Shown one piece after another: positions 14,160-26,087 of a stretch of DNA of 64,000 nt. The number at the start of each line of letters is the position of its first letter. Within the stretch, counting starts at the first letter, position 1. The notes beneath the pieces are model-generated. The model made no database searches. It was not told the DNA's origin and saw nothing but the letters and a program-made list of their open reading frames with translations. The stretch is from Ramazzottius varieornatus (lineage: Eukaryota > Animalia > Tardigrada). Location: contig BDGG01000006.1 in assembly GCA_001949185.1 (NCBI GenBank), forward strand, positions 2,416,671 through 2,480,670, given 5' to 3'. The translations under genes were made by a program, and so were the position numbers.

Positions 14160-17100
14160 ATACGTAAACCGATTCTGCCATGGACTCCATGATGTTAGGC
14201 AGAGGCGAAACGTCAATCTCGGATACGGCTTTCTTCGGCGACACGGACCTCGTTGTCACACTTAGTGGTAGAAGGACCGTGGAACTGTGTCCGCGGTTGG
14301 CGCTCTTTTCATTGTAGATGCTCTGTAATTTGGCCAGGTGCTGTGACGAAGAAAAGAAGAACCGTTACGGACCAGTACAAAAAAATAAATCAGTTGAGAG
14401 TACGGCAAACAAACTCAATAAGAGTTCAATAACAAATTTAAAGAAGAGTGGTTATCCAAAGCGGCGCACGTTTACACGGTTTACGGCTGGAGACGTGCGC
14501 TGCTTGGAAAGACGGATAAGGTTGTTTTCCCAAGTGGCGCACGTTTGCTAACCAGAAATCCAAAGCGCCAGTTGAAAAAAAACCAGTTTCGTCGAGTTTG
14601 TTCGCCTACTATTCAATTTTAAGAGGGAAAACTCACATCAAGGTTAGGCGCGTATGATTCAGCATATCGATTCAAGATATTCTTCATGCTCAACGCTAAC
14701 GTCCGGTTGCCTTCAAGGATGGTATGGCATTTGAAATTTTCCACAAAAACAAAGTCTTCTGTGACGAACAAAGATTCTGCTTCCATCAGGCTCTTGTCAG
14801 TGATGAAGTTCTTCATGGCGGCGTAGACGTCACCACACACCGCCGGTCTCCAGCCTAGCTCCTGAGCTGAGGGCATGATCTTTGAAACAATTAGGTTCAC
14901 CCAAGTCTTCTCCATCTTTTGCAGTTCTTCAGGTAAAGGATAGAAGTTGGTGGTCTTCTTGACGATGGCCGAAAGCTTTGGATGCCTTCTGTCGACTTTG
15001 GCAAATGCCATGCCGATACCTTCGTCAACATAGTGAACCTGGAAGAAGACGCCCGAGTATTCTTTCTATTTAATTTTTATTTGATTTCTATTCTTTCTAT
15101 TTATTTTTTTATTTAATCTTATTTCATTTTATTTACATTCTAATTATTTTGTTGTATTTCCTTTTATTTTGACTTACGTGGAGAAAGTCTTCGTCGATTT
15201 CCGTGAGGACTTCCACCCTGTACATTTTTGTGCTATCGTTGCTCAGCATGCCGCAGATGAGACCTGGTGGGGGTACTTCGGCGAGCGGCGCAGGAAGTTC
15301 GTCCAAGACGTTGGCGAGGTGTTCATCGATGGCCTTGGTGCTGCGGTCCACTTGGACGATCTGTCCTTCGGCTGTCCTGTAGCTGACGATCCGCACGATG
15401 AAGTGTGTCGGGTTGAGGAAGCGCATGATGGAGAACTCGAAACCTCTACCGGCAGCTAGGGCAGTCGGTAATGCTCGAGGCGGACCTTGGTAGTGTCGAT
15501 ACGCGCAAGATTCTGGACTCATACACTCACCCACGTACATCTGCAAGCGCCACACCAAAATGTTATGCTTACTCCAAAACTCCAAAAAATTTGATCTTGT
15601 ACATCGGCAAACAACCTCGACAAGATCGGTTTCCCAAGTCGCGCACGTTTCCGATGTTACTGGGCGGCGGAGTGCACCACTCCAAATACCGATCTTGTCG
15701 AATCTCTTCAAGTGACGCAGCATTCATTATTATTGGCTGAAGGCGTGAGCCACTCGGGAAGCGATCTTGTCAAGTTGGTACATTTAGGTCCCACCACCAA
15801 AAAAATTTAGATTACCTGTTGAAGGCAGGGAGGAACTCGAAGGAAGTCTGGATCCTCCAAAGCAGCCAGACTTTTCGTTATAAGGCTTTCTGGCATGACA
15901 CTTTGGGGAGAAGCGGAAGCAACGTGAACCAGAAGCGGAAGTAGGTGGCGCCACGATTCGTCGACGATAATGCGGCAGGGAATGGCTGGATAAGGCGGCT
16001 TGCTCGCGCCTGAACAGAAAACACCGATCATCAACCGAACTAACTTAAATTTTAATCTGAAGTAAGCTAAGGGAAATGGTAAGCTTACCGTGCGCGAGTT
16101 TGTTTAGGTATTGGTAGTGCGTGGACCAAATCATGAAGTTGTTCTTAATGAGGCAGAAGCGCCGCATGAAGTGGTGGATGGATTCCGGTGGGGAAAGGTG
16201 GACGATGAGATCGGCGTCGTTAATGCCAAAGTCCGACGTAATGCTGTCAGGAATAGCCAGAATCTTCGCGGCTTCCTTATTCTCCGTCTTCCACCAGTCC
16301 CGAATGGTGGAAACGTATTCGTAAACCGGCTTGTCCTCGTTGGCTGTCTGAAAGCCACAAAAGAGGCGTTCGGACCAGTTTCAATCCAGATTTGCATAGC
16401 TTAGACGTCGGAAAATAAATTCCGCCAGATCGATTTACGAGTGGCGCACGCTCTCAGCCAACAACAATGCCAACGTGCGCCACTTGCGATAACGATCTGG
16501 TTCAACTCTTTGCTTCATTACCATGAAATCGTATTTCGTCTTGGATTTTTCCTTATCCATCAGCAGAGCTTTCCTAATGGCACCGGCTTGCTCAGATGAT
16601 TTCACAAAAAGTACGATGCGATCGCCGTTAGTCCTGTCGGAGAAGGTCTTGAGTGCTGACAGGGCCCACGGCAGATTGGGGTTGGCTTCGAGGATCTCGA
16701 CGGGGAGTTTCTCGTAGATGATGGCGTCCAGCATGTTGGTGATGACGGTGCAACAGGTATTCTCCAGCTTGCTCAGGACCTGCTTGATGTTTGGCGAAGG
16801 CGAAGATGCAGCAAAGACGTAGTTGATGTCGGGGTTGACCACGAAGCGTGTCATCATTTGCTCCACGATCGTCGGAGCGAAGCGGAGCATCACGTCGATG
16901 TTTCTCAAAACGACAAACTCAACCTACAGAAACAATCATTCATCTATAATCTCGTCCGTAGAACCTCCTTTTACGTCTTCAACACTTTTTAGAATTCACA
17001 GATCGTCCCCGATTGGTTTTGCGGGTTTTACGGATTTTGTTTGTTCTTCGTCTTTCTTCTACAGATTTTTCTGTGTTGTATTCTTCGTACGTTTCTTGTA

Positions 17101-18345
17101 TTTTTCCTGTGTTGATGCTGAGCACACTGTTTATGATTTTTCGTTCTGGTTTTCGTACTTTTAAGACGTTGATGGGTGGAGATCCAAGGCGTCCTTGCGT
17201 CAAGAACAACTGCATAACCGCATTGAGCGTCACAATCAAGACATCACAGTTCTCCGACGCCGCGTACGACTTTTCTTGGAAGCCTTTATCGTTCTTGCTT
17301 TCGAAAAAGTTGACGATACGGAAAGAGCGACTAAGCTGTTGTGTGACAGTTCGCATGGACTCGACCAGCGCCATCGACTCTTCCAGGTTGCAGGTGACAA
17401 CGACGGCCAAAGGTCCTTCGCTGTACAATCGGCCAAGGTGACGCCTTCCGCACGGTTCGGCAATGCGAAGGAGTAAAGGCACCACGAAGCCCGAGTCCAT
17501 TGTGTTGGAGTATTCGGCAGGAGGTTGGCAGGAATAGAGTGGGTTGTCGATATAGAAGACGTCGTACCTGGAAACAGAGAGAACAATTTTAGCGCACTTG
17601 AGCCCAGAAGCAACTGCGCAACTGCGTGACGTCAGAAAACACCGCCGAAGCTGCACGTAAGACGAATGGTTTGTACATGGACGGCCCAACTGGGTTAAAT
17701 GATCAGCTCGTAGGGCTGCTCCGTTGATTGACCAAGCCTTGATTGAATGTTGACGTTTTCACCGCTTTCGGCTTTTCTTTTGAAATTCGTATAGTTTCTT
17801 CGAACTCGTTGGTCTCACCTGTGGAGAACATGGGGCCAAATCAAAGCTTGCATCTCTGTCCGCCGGGGTCCACAAAGGCTGGTGACGAGAGGTCGGACCA
17901 GATCGTTGAGAGGGAGAGCGCCGGAGCGGAGTTGGGTCCTCCAGGGTAAAGTGGCCAAACCAGAAAAATACATCCGGGAGTGTTGGCCGAATAAAGTCGT
18001 CTCATCTTCGCACAACTGTAGGGGCTGTCGCTGTTCTAATATACCGACCATGGTCGAAAGCTGCAAGTTGGGTAAGGACAGAAATATCCGTTAGTATCAA
18101 GCGGGGAATTTTTCCACCAATTTGGAAACAGATTTCAGTACTGTACCTTCTGCCGGCTGATCGTGGACTTTATCTAGGACAGTTACTATGCGAACTATGG
18201 CCACCTCTACGAGTCTCCTTGAGCGCCGACCTGGTGGGAAACAACCTCCGAACCAAACGGCACAGAACTTTATCGAGGAGGATGTGGCCATGTGGGGCAT
18301 GATGCCATGATGAGAAACTTACTTTTGAGTTCTGAGAATACTATA
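14160..18345 (-). CDS. TDRD12: TDRD12/Yb-family protein: degenerate DEAD-box helicase domain plus extended Tudor domain (piRNA pathway); multi-exon; ends uncertain, 5' part probably continues beyond 26185
   Basis: Q-motif MQALIWPHVLHR|YDVFYI; GPLAVVVTC; CDVLIVT; motif II read as VVLRNID; ALGINDADLIVHLSPPESIHHFMRRF; IMRFLNPTHFIVRI; Tudor GLICG...YRVEVL...VHYVDEG; PLPEELQ...IVSKIMPSAQELGW; NLD|HLAKL. This order and these motifs match TDRD12/SoYb as I recall them. Confidence 0.75.
14404..14608. repeat. Intronic palindrome family, double unit
   Basis: Arms GGCGCACGTTT...ACGTGCGC and CCCAAGTGGCGCACGTTT...GCGCCAGTTG...TCGAGTTTGTT. Confidence 0.75.
15605..15710. repeat. Intronic palindrome family
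   Basis: CTCGACAAGATCGGTTTCCCAAGTCGCGCACG...GTGCACCACT...CCGATCTTGTCGA. Confidence 0.75.
16424..16505. repeat. Intronic palindrome family
   Basis: CCAGATCG...AGTGGCGCACG...CGTGCGCCACT...CGATCTGG. Confidence 0.8.
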
Positions 18346-18425
18346 GAGATCGCGAGTGCCCACGCACTAGCACAATTCGATACGCATAAGAATATCGTGA
18401 CATCATATGTAAACATTGTGGCGCG

Positions 18426-19597
18426 TAGTGCTGGCAACGATACGGCATATCGATGTCGTATCGAAATATATCGAATCTTTGCGATATAATATGCGGCAGA
18501 TATCGTATCGAAAATATCGATATGAAGCTCATATCGAATAACGTAATAAAATATTCGGCGATATCTAGACCTGAGAAAAGTGTGATTAAGTGTGGTGTGG
18601 TGTTTTTCGGTTCGGTGCTTCTCCACACCGAAACTGGTTTTTCGGTGCGAAAGCCACACCAATTTTTCCGGTGTGGTGTGGATCGGACACCACTCTTTCG
18701 GTGCACCACAGCAAACCAAATCGAGAAACCGAAAAAAGTTTCAAAGAGCGAATTCACAATTTACAGAACCGTCGAAAGATGGCAAGATGTAATACAGACG
18801 AATTCGGAAGAACACATTCCACACAGGTAAATTTTCGTAGCTTAAACAATCAACAGCTAGTCGAATCAACCACGAGGCGAAACAGCGAGTTTGTGATACT
18901 CATCTAGCCCAAGCTAGCTGACTAGCTCATTAAATCTGGTGCACCAAAAGCTTTTCGGTTTGGTGTGATGTGGTGTTCCTAGACACCAAACGGCAAATTC
19001 GGTGTGACTCGGACACCAATTTTTCGATTTGGTGTTTCAAGCACACCGAAACCAGAAAGAGTGGGTTTTTCCGGTGTGGTGTGGTGAAACCACACTATCC
19101 TCAGGTCTAGCGATATCGTATCGCGCCATATCGATATATCATCGACATATCGGTATTTTGCTGAATGGAAAACTCGCCAGTGATATCTCGTTTACGGAAG
19201 ACCATGGTTGATTTCAAGGACTTGATTTTGGCCATGGTGTACCGATCACACTCCGCCCATTCGGTTCTGGTACTGATTCTGTCCAGGTTTCCATGTGTCT
19301 GAAGTCTTGGTATAGTCATGTCTTTGCTGCATCCGACGCTCTCGATCTTACTTATACTTTATGTGGAAACCGGCTTCTTGAGTTTTTGGGCTTGAACCAG
19401 TGGAATTCCGAAAACCTAAAATTCCAGAAATATCGATATATCGCTGCGATATGATACGATATATCGAAAATACGGTATCGGAAAATATCGTATCGCAATA
19501 TCGATGTCGAATCAATATCGGAGACCGTAATAAAATATCCGCCGATATCGTATCGAAAAATATCGTATCGAATTTTGTCGTATTTTTGCCAGCGCTA
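18426..19597. mobile_element. Non-autonomous hAT element A (CGATA subterminal repeats)
   Basis: TIRs TAGTGCTGGCAACGATACG / CGTATTTTTGCCAGCGCTA; perfect 8-bp TSD GTGGCGCG (18418-18425, 19598-19605); second copy at 34113-34732. Confidence 0.92.
18566..19109. mobile_element. Non-autonomous hAT element B nested in A (GGTGTG/CACACC repeats)
   Basis: TIRs TAGACCTGAG / CTCAGGTCTA; 8-bp TSD GCGATATC (18558-18565, 19110-19117); the 34113-34732 copy of A has the empty site. Confidence 0.95.
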
Positions 19598-19873
19598 GTG
19601 GCGCGATTGTGCGACCCTTTTAACACAGCCTACGAGTAGAGCCCTGCAGCTAGGATTGTTGATGGATGGATAAACGGTTAAATGGATGGATAAGCGGATG
19701 GATAAGAACTTATCTGGATACCATCTGCATGGATAAAAGATTTATCCGTATCCAGCTTCTTGGATAAAACTTTTATCCGGATTCTTCGAATATTATCCGG
19801 TTGAACAAATTAGATACAAATCATATGTTCAATCACTATAGCCAAACCGAAACTACCAAACTTTCTAGCGTAT

Positions 19874-22330
19874 TTATTCATCGTCTGTCATCAGTGGTAC
19901 CATAGCTTCAAAAACCACCGTCCAAGAGTTCAGACATAACATGGCTTGAAGGCCCTCAGTTTCTGGGCGGTTACGAAGTACTGTAACGTATCGACCACCA
20001 CCAGAGAATGCACTCTCAGAAGGCACAGAAGAAGCCTGTGCAGCCAGAACATCCTTCGCAATGCGGTATAATGATGGATAGCGGCTTTCCGACATGCTCC
20101 AAAATTCCAGGACATCTCTTTTGACTGATTCCTTTGGACCCAGGAAGAATTGGTCAACTTCGTTAAGCTGGGAGTCTGCTGCCGGAGTGACTTGCGTTAT
20201 CATCCGTTCGCGGATAGACAGCTGCGTATTCGGAGGTGGAGCAGTAGACTTCTCGGCAATGTCGGAACTTCCTCTTTGGCTGTAATAAAAACAACTTACA
20301 AACAGCACGAGCTGTAGTTCGTAAGCTTATAGCTACAGCAACATCATAGAAAACGGCACTTACCTTGGAACACCTTTGAATAGCTAGACAATGTGCTTCA
20401 GCATGGTGCCGGCGGCGGTACGACTCTTTGCTGAGGGCAGGTAGGCGTCTTTGATGCTCGGATCTAACAGTCGGGCTATCATGGGAACTTGCATTCTCAC
20501 ACCAGGTTTTTCCCAGGACAGTCTCAGACATTCATCCAGTTTAACCAACATGTCTTTGGCCAACTCGCAGATCCAGAGCGCCTAGGGGAAAAAATCATGG
20601 TTTATAGGCCGTATGCCGAGATATAGGAATAATCAATCGTTCGAGTATTTATTAGCATTTTAATAAATCTCGCCAGATCGATTTACGAGTGGTGCACGCT
20701 CTCAGCCAACAACAATGCGAACGTGCGCCACTTGCGATAACGATCTGGTTCAACTCTTTGCTTCATGACCATGAAATCGTATTTCATGTCTTCGGCCAAC
20801 TCCCAAGTCCAAAGCGCCTAGGAAAAAAATCACGGTTCATAGACCGTACGCCGAGATATAGGAATAATCAAGATATTTCGTTCGAGTAAACTTAATTAGC
20901 ATTTACATTAGTAAGGTCTTCTTCCAAGACTTCTAAATGAGTTCGCAGAAATTCCAGTTCGGCTGAAGCCAGGTGGAAATTGGAGGACTTGAAAGCCGAA
21001 AGTCTACGGAGACGGCCTTCAGAGGCTTCAGGAGTTCGATAAGATCTTCCATGTCGATCCACTCTTCCGCTGACGGAACTTCGTCCCTGATGGCACCTTC
21101 TTGGGCAGACAAGTAGTCGTAAAGTTCATGGCGTCGAGGGTATGCGCTTTCGACCATATGCAGGAAGCTATTCCACCGGGTCGAGACGTCCAGTGGCAGC
21201 TTAAGGTCTTCGGTTGCGGGCTTGATAGTGGCAAGAAATATCTCACGGATGGTGGGCCGACGCATATATATCACACAGGCTCTTATCTTGTCAACTGTCA
21301 CCACCTCCTTCTTGATCGCAACTTCCGCAACTTTATTCACGATATGCGCCGCACAACAGTTCCAGAACGTGTTTGCTGTAAAGAAAGAAACGAGTAAGAA
21401 ATCAAAGTAGTTTATTCAAAACACTTGATCACAATATTCTCATGAAAGCTGGCGAGATATATCTCGTAGCGGTTCTGGGAACTTCGCTTCCAGAATGGGC
21501 AAGCTACATTCAGGTGTAAACTGTGTAGTCCGGGAGAAACTACGCTTTTCGACCCCCATCTCCATGACCAGCAGCTCGAAGAACTTGACCATGTTGAGTG
21601 CTCCGTCTGTAGTCACTCCGAAGATTCTGTGGGCGACTTTAAACTCTTGAAGAGTTTCCATAACCACGTTTTTCATGTTTTCGCCGGAATGGTTCTTTGG
21701 CATATAGCGGAAGTCTAGAATGACGTTTCTGAGTTTCCACTCGTTGTCTATCCACTGTAAGGTGATGGCAAGGTACGACTGTTTTCTCGCACTGGCTTGC
21801 CACATATCGGTGGTGAGGGAGAAACGACTGGTCACCGCTGCCAGTTCTTCGATGATCTGCATCTTCTTCATCTTGTATCCATCAAGAATAAGCTTTCGAA
21901 TAGTTTGTCGACAAGGGACCTGGAAATAGTCACAGTTCGAGAAACAGTTCGACCGTACAGTAGGATGTATTCTTCACAGGTTATAACCTATAACCTGTCT
22001 TGCTCAGCGGTACCTTGTAACTGGGATTGAGACCGTTGATCATCTTAACGAAGTGTGGTTCATCGACAGTGCCGATGGGTTCTGCAGTACAGACGATCCA
22101 CTCCGTGAAGTTGTTAGTATGACGCGTGGTTTCCTTTTTCGACATGATCCATGATCTGCGGCTCATCCTTCTGCTTTGCACGAAACGCTCCGGGAACTAG
22201 CATGCTCTTGACGGCATCCTTCAGCTTCGACGGATGCTCATTCTTCATATGGTAGTGCCGGTTAGACGTTTCCTGCTCGTTCTTGTAGATGGTGGAACAG
22301 TAGTTGCACCTTCTTTGCACCACTAGATGT
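19874..22330 (-). pseudogene. hAT (Ac-like) transposase with BED finger, disrupted
   Basis: BED CNYC...HMKNEH; FSLTTDMW, VTTDGALNM, CAAHI, LDVSTRWNS; dimerisation domain LEFWSMSESRYPSLYRIAKDVLAAQASSVPSESAFSGG; frameshifts and an internal duplication. Confidence 0.9.
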
Positions 22331-22480
22331 ATTGAGGCTCTGTTGTCGGTAGATGGAAGTGTGGTTAACTGGCCGGATAAAGAGGAAACAACTACCATTA
22401 AGGTACTTATACCTTAGCTCTTGAAATTCTTCGGTATGCTAGACACAGCACCACAGATTTATTGAAGTGTGATATTTTAG

Positions 22481-23150
22481 GTGCGAATTCTTCGGGATTC
22501 GGGGTTTCCTGATTGTGTTGGAATGTTGGGCGGCACGTTAGTCCCGTTAGAGTACGTGCCTACCAAAGATGGCGAGGATTACTAGAGCCACAAGTCCCGA
22601 TATGGAATATCAGCGATGGTGGTTTGCGATGACAAGCGTAAAATTCGATACATGTTGATCGGATTTTGTGGGTCGGCCCATGATATGAGAGTATACAGTA
22701 ATTCTCCGATGGCAAGACAAGTCTCCAAGCTGTTTTCACCAGGCGAATATCTTCTCGCTGACAGCGCCTACACTACGTCAACTCACACCATCGCTTACTA
22801 CAAGGAGCCCGCCGCCGGAGTCGTGTCAGCGAACAACGAGCGATTCAACTTTTACCACTCTTCAACAAGAATTAAGATCGAACACACCATTGGCATTTCG
22901 AAGGGACATTTTCCGTCCTTGCAGTCCTTAGGAATTCAGATCCACGATAAGCAGACCCATCGAACAGCTGTAGAGTGGACATAAGCATGTGTTGTTTTAC
23001 ACAAAATGTTACGCAAAGACAGCTATTTTGATGACAACTGGACAAAATACCGAGAGCCGGAAGTACCAGAAATGAGCCACGATGCTGCAGTTATGGACGG
23101 AAAAGGCTACCGAGAGGCCATCAAAGAAAGAGTCTTGAATATCGGAAAGC
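22481..23150 (+). pseudogene. Harbinger/PHIS DDE nuclease (HARBI1-like), exon 2 only, with stops
   Basis: DSGFPDCVGMLGGTL...Y*SHKSRYGISAMVVCDD...GSAHDMRVY...YLLADSAY...RIKIEHTIG; homologous to 39538-40170. Confidence 0.88.
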
Positions 23151-24239
23151 CCGCTCGACGGTTTGTTCAGTGAAACGTTTCTTAGCTACTCCGAGTTGCA
23201 GTTCTAGTTTCCTCAATTCATAATCGCGTACTTCTTTTCTTTCTTTTCGGTCGTTTTCGAGTTGTGTCATCTTCGATTTGTGTTTGTTGTCGACGTTCCT
23301 CTCGTCCCTCGTCGGCAATTTTTCCTGCCAGCTCTTCTTTTCTTCCAGTAAGAGTTTCTTTTCCGCTATGGCAAGCTGATTCTTCGTGCTTGTTTGTAGG
23401 CTTCGGCGATGGTCAGTGATTTCTGTGGAGTTTTGCTGTCATTTCTTCTCATGATATCCTGACACTCTTGGTTTGCGGAGTAGACTTGACTGAGCTAGGA
23501 CAACTACGGGGTAAACAGCAAAGTTGGCAAGCGTACGAGGCTTTCCCAGGTCAAACGCGTTGGCTTCTGCTCATTCAGATCTTTGAATCGTGAATCTGAA
23601 CAAATGGGAGCCTGACAAGCAAACTTGACAAGATTCTTTTCCAAGTGGCGCGCTTTCTTGGTTAATAACACTGCAAGCGTGCGCAACTTGGGAAAAGAAT
23701 CGGGCCGAGTCTGTTTGTCGAGTTCTGTCACCCCGTAATGAGCTGAGATGTGGCAACAGGATCTTCTGGCAACTCCAGAAGTCGGCAGGAAAAGTCGACT
23801 TCCGGTGCTGAAGCGTTGTCGTACGTTATAGGGCCACTTGCTTCGTTTTCTTCTTCTTCGTCCTCCGAGGCTTTCTCTTCAGCCGACGTTCTCAGGGTAT
23901 CTGAAGTGTGTGGTGTTTCCATTGAAGCTCGGTCAGCGAAGACTGGACGCAACCTAAACAAGTATGGGCAATACAGTAACTGAGTACAATACCTGCAAAA
24001 ATTAATCTATTGCAGTATGGGAATAAGTCGCGTATGACGTAGTCAATACCCCTTTTATTTTGTATAGCCTGATCTGACGTCACAAACCGCGCCAGTTGAT
24101 CGAGGTGAAAATTTACCGTGGTTTTTAGCATCCTCCATTTTCTCCTCAATATGTCATGATCAGGATTGCCGCAGCCAGACCCAGTAGATTTTAGAAAGAC
24201 CATTGCCGCGTCGGTAGCTACTTCTTTGCGTCTCCCCAT
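23150..24239 (-). pseudogene. Second (putative DNA-binding) ORF of the Harbinger-like element, internally deleted
   Basis: MGRRKEVAT..., STGSGCG...LRRKW, CPYLFRLRPVFADRASMETPHTSD; homologous to 40189-41190. A degenerate element end CAAGCAAGACTGAAGACCCCT at 24483-24503 resembles 41470-41490. Confidence 0.75.
23515..23725. repeat. Intronic palindrome family, inside the Harbinger ORF2 remnant
   Basis: AAACTTGACAAGATTCTTTTCCAAGTGGCGCGC...GCGTGCGCAACTTGGGAAAAGAATC. Confidence 0.7.
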
Positions 24240-25211
24240 AGTCAGAGCTGTGAAACGGAAGTCAGAATTCGTAACCTGTAGGAAATGTACGCAGGAGGAG
24301 AGAAAAGCTCAAGCAGAAAAGCAGGGAACGATTGGTAAATACAAATAGAAATCGAAATTTCGAGGCGGGCGTGCAAGAGGTCAACGGATTCCACTTGCAA
24401 GAAAAGCAGCTCGAGGGCTGCTTTTCCCATTAGCGAAATTCGGAAAGTTGCTTTCTACATCAACGCAATCAACACAGTTCTGCAAGCAAGACTGAAGACC
24501 CCTGTTGATCAAAGCAAGAATGGAAGAGTGTAACGAGAAACAATGTTCAATAAGCTGACTTCCAGTAGGCTTGTAACAGTGGAGAGATTGCGCACCGTTA
24601 CGATTCTTTCAGACCGCTACGTAACGTTAGCAAGACGAGTTGGGCTGTTCTGCTTTGATTGTCTGTTTTATTGATTCAGGTAGGTTTATCCGGATAAGCC
24701 TTGGATGGATAGAGATGTTATCCGGATCATACCCAGATGGATAAGAGTTTTATCCGATCAGGAGCTGGATCGTTAAAACTCTGATCCAATCCAGGTTTTT
24801 TCCGGATGGATCCAGATAAATCCGTTGTGGATGGATAATTAACATCCCTACCTGCAGCAGTAGCTGAAACCTGTGCTGCTTCTGCACTGCATCCGGTTTC
24901 CAGAATCTGCAACTGCACTGCATCTGAATATTTTGGCTGTCCTCCAAACGGCAACTGTACTGCACTGCATTTAGAAATTCAAAATTCCTGCATGTCAGCG
25001 GAAATACATGTCAAGTAAATCGTGAACATGGGTGTTTTACGGAAATTTGAACGAAAAATGGTACAGTCCGACCAGAAAAATTTGATTTTGCTACTGTTTT
25101 TGGGGCAACAACAGTATATTGCGACGAATGGTGCTCCCTTTCTCAAAACTGCAACTGCACTGCAGTAAAATGCAGATCAATACAGAACGTACTGAATGTT
25201 GCAGGGCTCTA

Positions 25212-26087
25212 GATAGATTTATTTAGCCTCGACAACCTAGTCGACGGCTTCCTCGATCGTCAGAGGATAACGAAACATAAAAATACAGTACTAACAGCGT
25301 TGGCAAGTGGAAGCGATCAAGACTAACTTCAGAGATCCACACACAGAAAGTACGATCCGAGATCAGGCACCAGAAAAGAAGTGGAAAACTCGCACAGCCA
25401 TAGCAGGGAGAACTAACTACCAAACAAAGAATGAGGGAGCGTTCTCTCCGCCTTCGTCCAGGTGCGCACTCGTCCATTTCCATGTCCGACTGACCCCTTC
25501 GTTCCCGGGTTGATGCTCGAGTTGGTCCATGTGTGTAATTGGGGTTTTGCTGTCCGTCGCGAGAGTCTTCTTCGCCGACTTGGGCTCGCCCTCCGATCCT
25601 GGAAGTACCGACGGGAGGTTGATCCGCCTCGCTCGGCGGGTCGAGGTTCTGGTGGCCTTTCGGGGGCCACCCTCCTCCACAGGTCCGGGGGCAGTTTCCC
25701 CGTTGTCCGTCACTATCACCTCCACTTCCCTGGTGGCCGCCACGTCCATTGCCACGTCCACTGCCCCGTCCAGCGCCATGGCCGCCCCCACGACCACCGC
25801 CGCGTCCGTCAGAGCGACCATAAGTACCGCAACGCCCACCGTAGCCCCGAACTCGGTTTCTGTTTGAGTTACGGTGGTGAGGCGGTTGATTACCGAGGCG
25901 ACAGTGATCGAAGGGCTTGCGCGGTGGGCCGATCGACCCCAAGTTGATCTTCACATCCGGTCGACCCGTACTGACGGGGCTGTTGGTAACCGCTGATGCA
26001 TGGTAGGAGCTGGCTTGAGGGACGCAAAGGCTGGACGGCTGGATGGCCGGAGCGCCAGGGCTGATGGATGGAACAGCTGGTTGGGTC
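25212..26087 (-). other. Captured GC-rich fragment with an RGG/Gly-rich reading frame and an AATAAATCTATC tail; probably the 3' part of another element or gene
   Basis: ORF 25223-25954 contains GRGGGRGGGHGAGRGSGRGNGRGG; on the minus strand it ends ...GGCTAAATAAATCTATC abutting the TIR of C. Confidence 0.45.

Larger units (their letters stand above)
19651..24850 (-). mobile_element. hAT transposon D (GGATA subterminal repeats) inserted in the left TIR of C
   Basis: Ends TAGGATTGTT / AACATCCCTA; 8-bp TSD CCTGCAGC (19643-19650, 24851-24858); carries hAT transposase remnants. Confidence 0.92.

Noticed and set aside
15055-15170. T/A-rich stretch
   Set aside because: Ordinary low-complexity intron sequence.
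18270-19639. Many overlapping ORFs (also 34029-34855 and 35091-35511)
   Set aside because: Artefacts of repetitive MITE sequence.
19651-24850. A novel three-gene hAT-Harbinger hybrid transposon
   Set aside because: The Harbinger part lacks exon 1, has stops and retains a degenerate Harbinger end near 24503. Nested insertion plus deletion is simpler.
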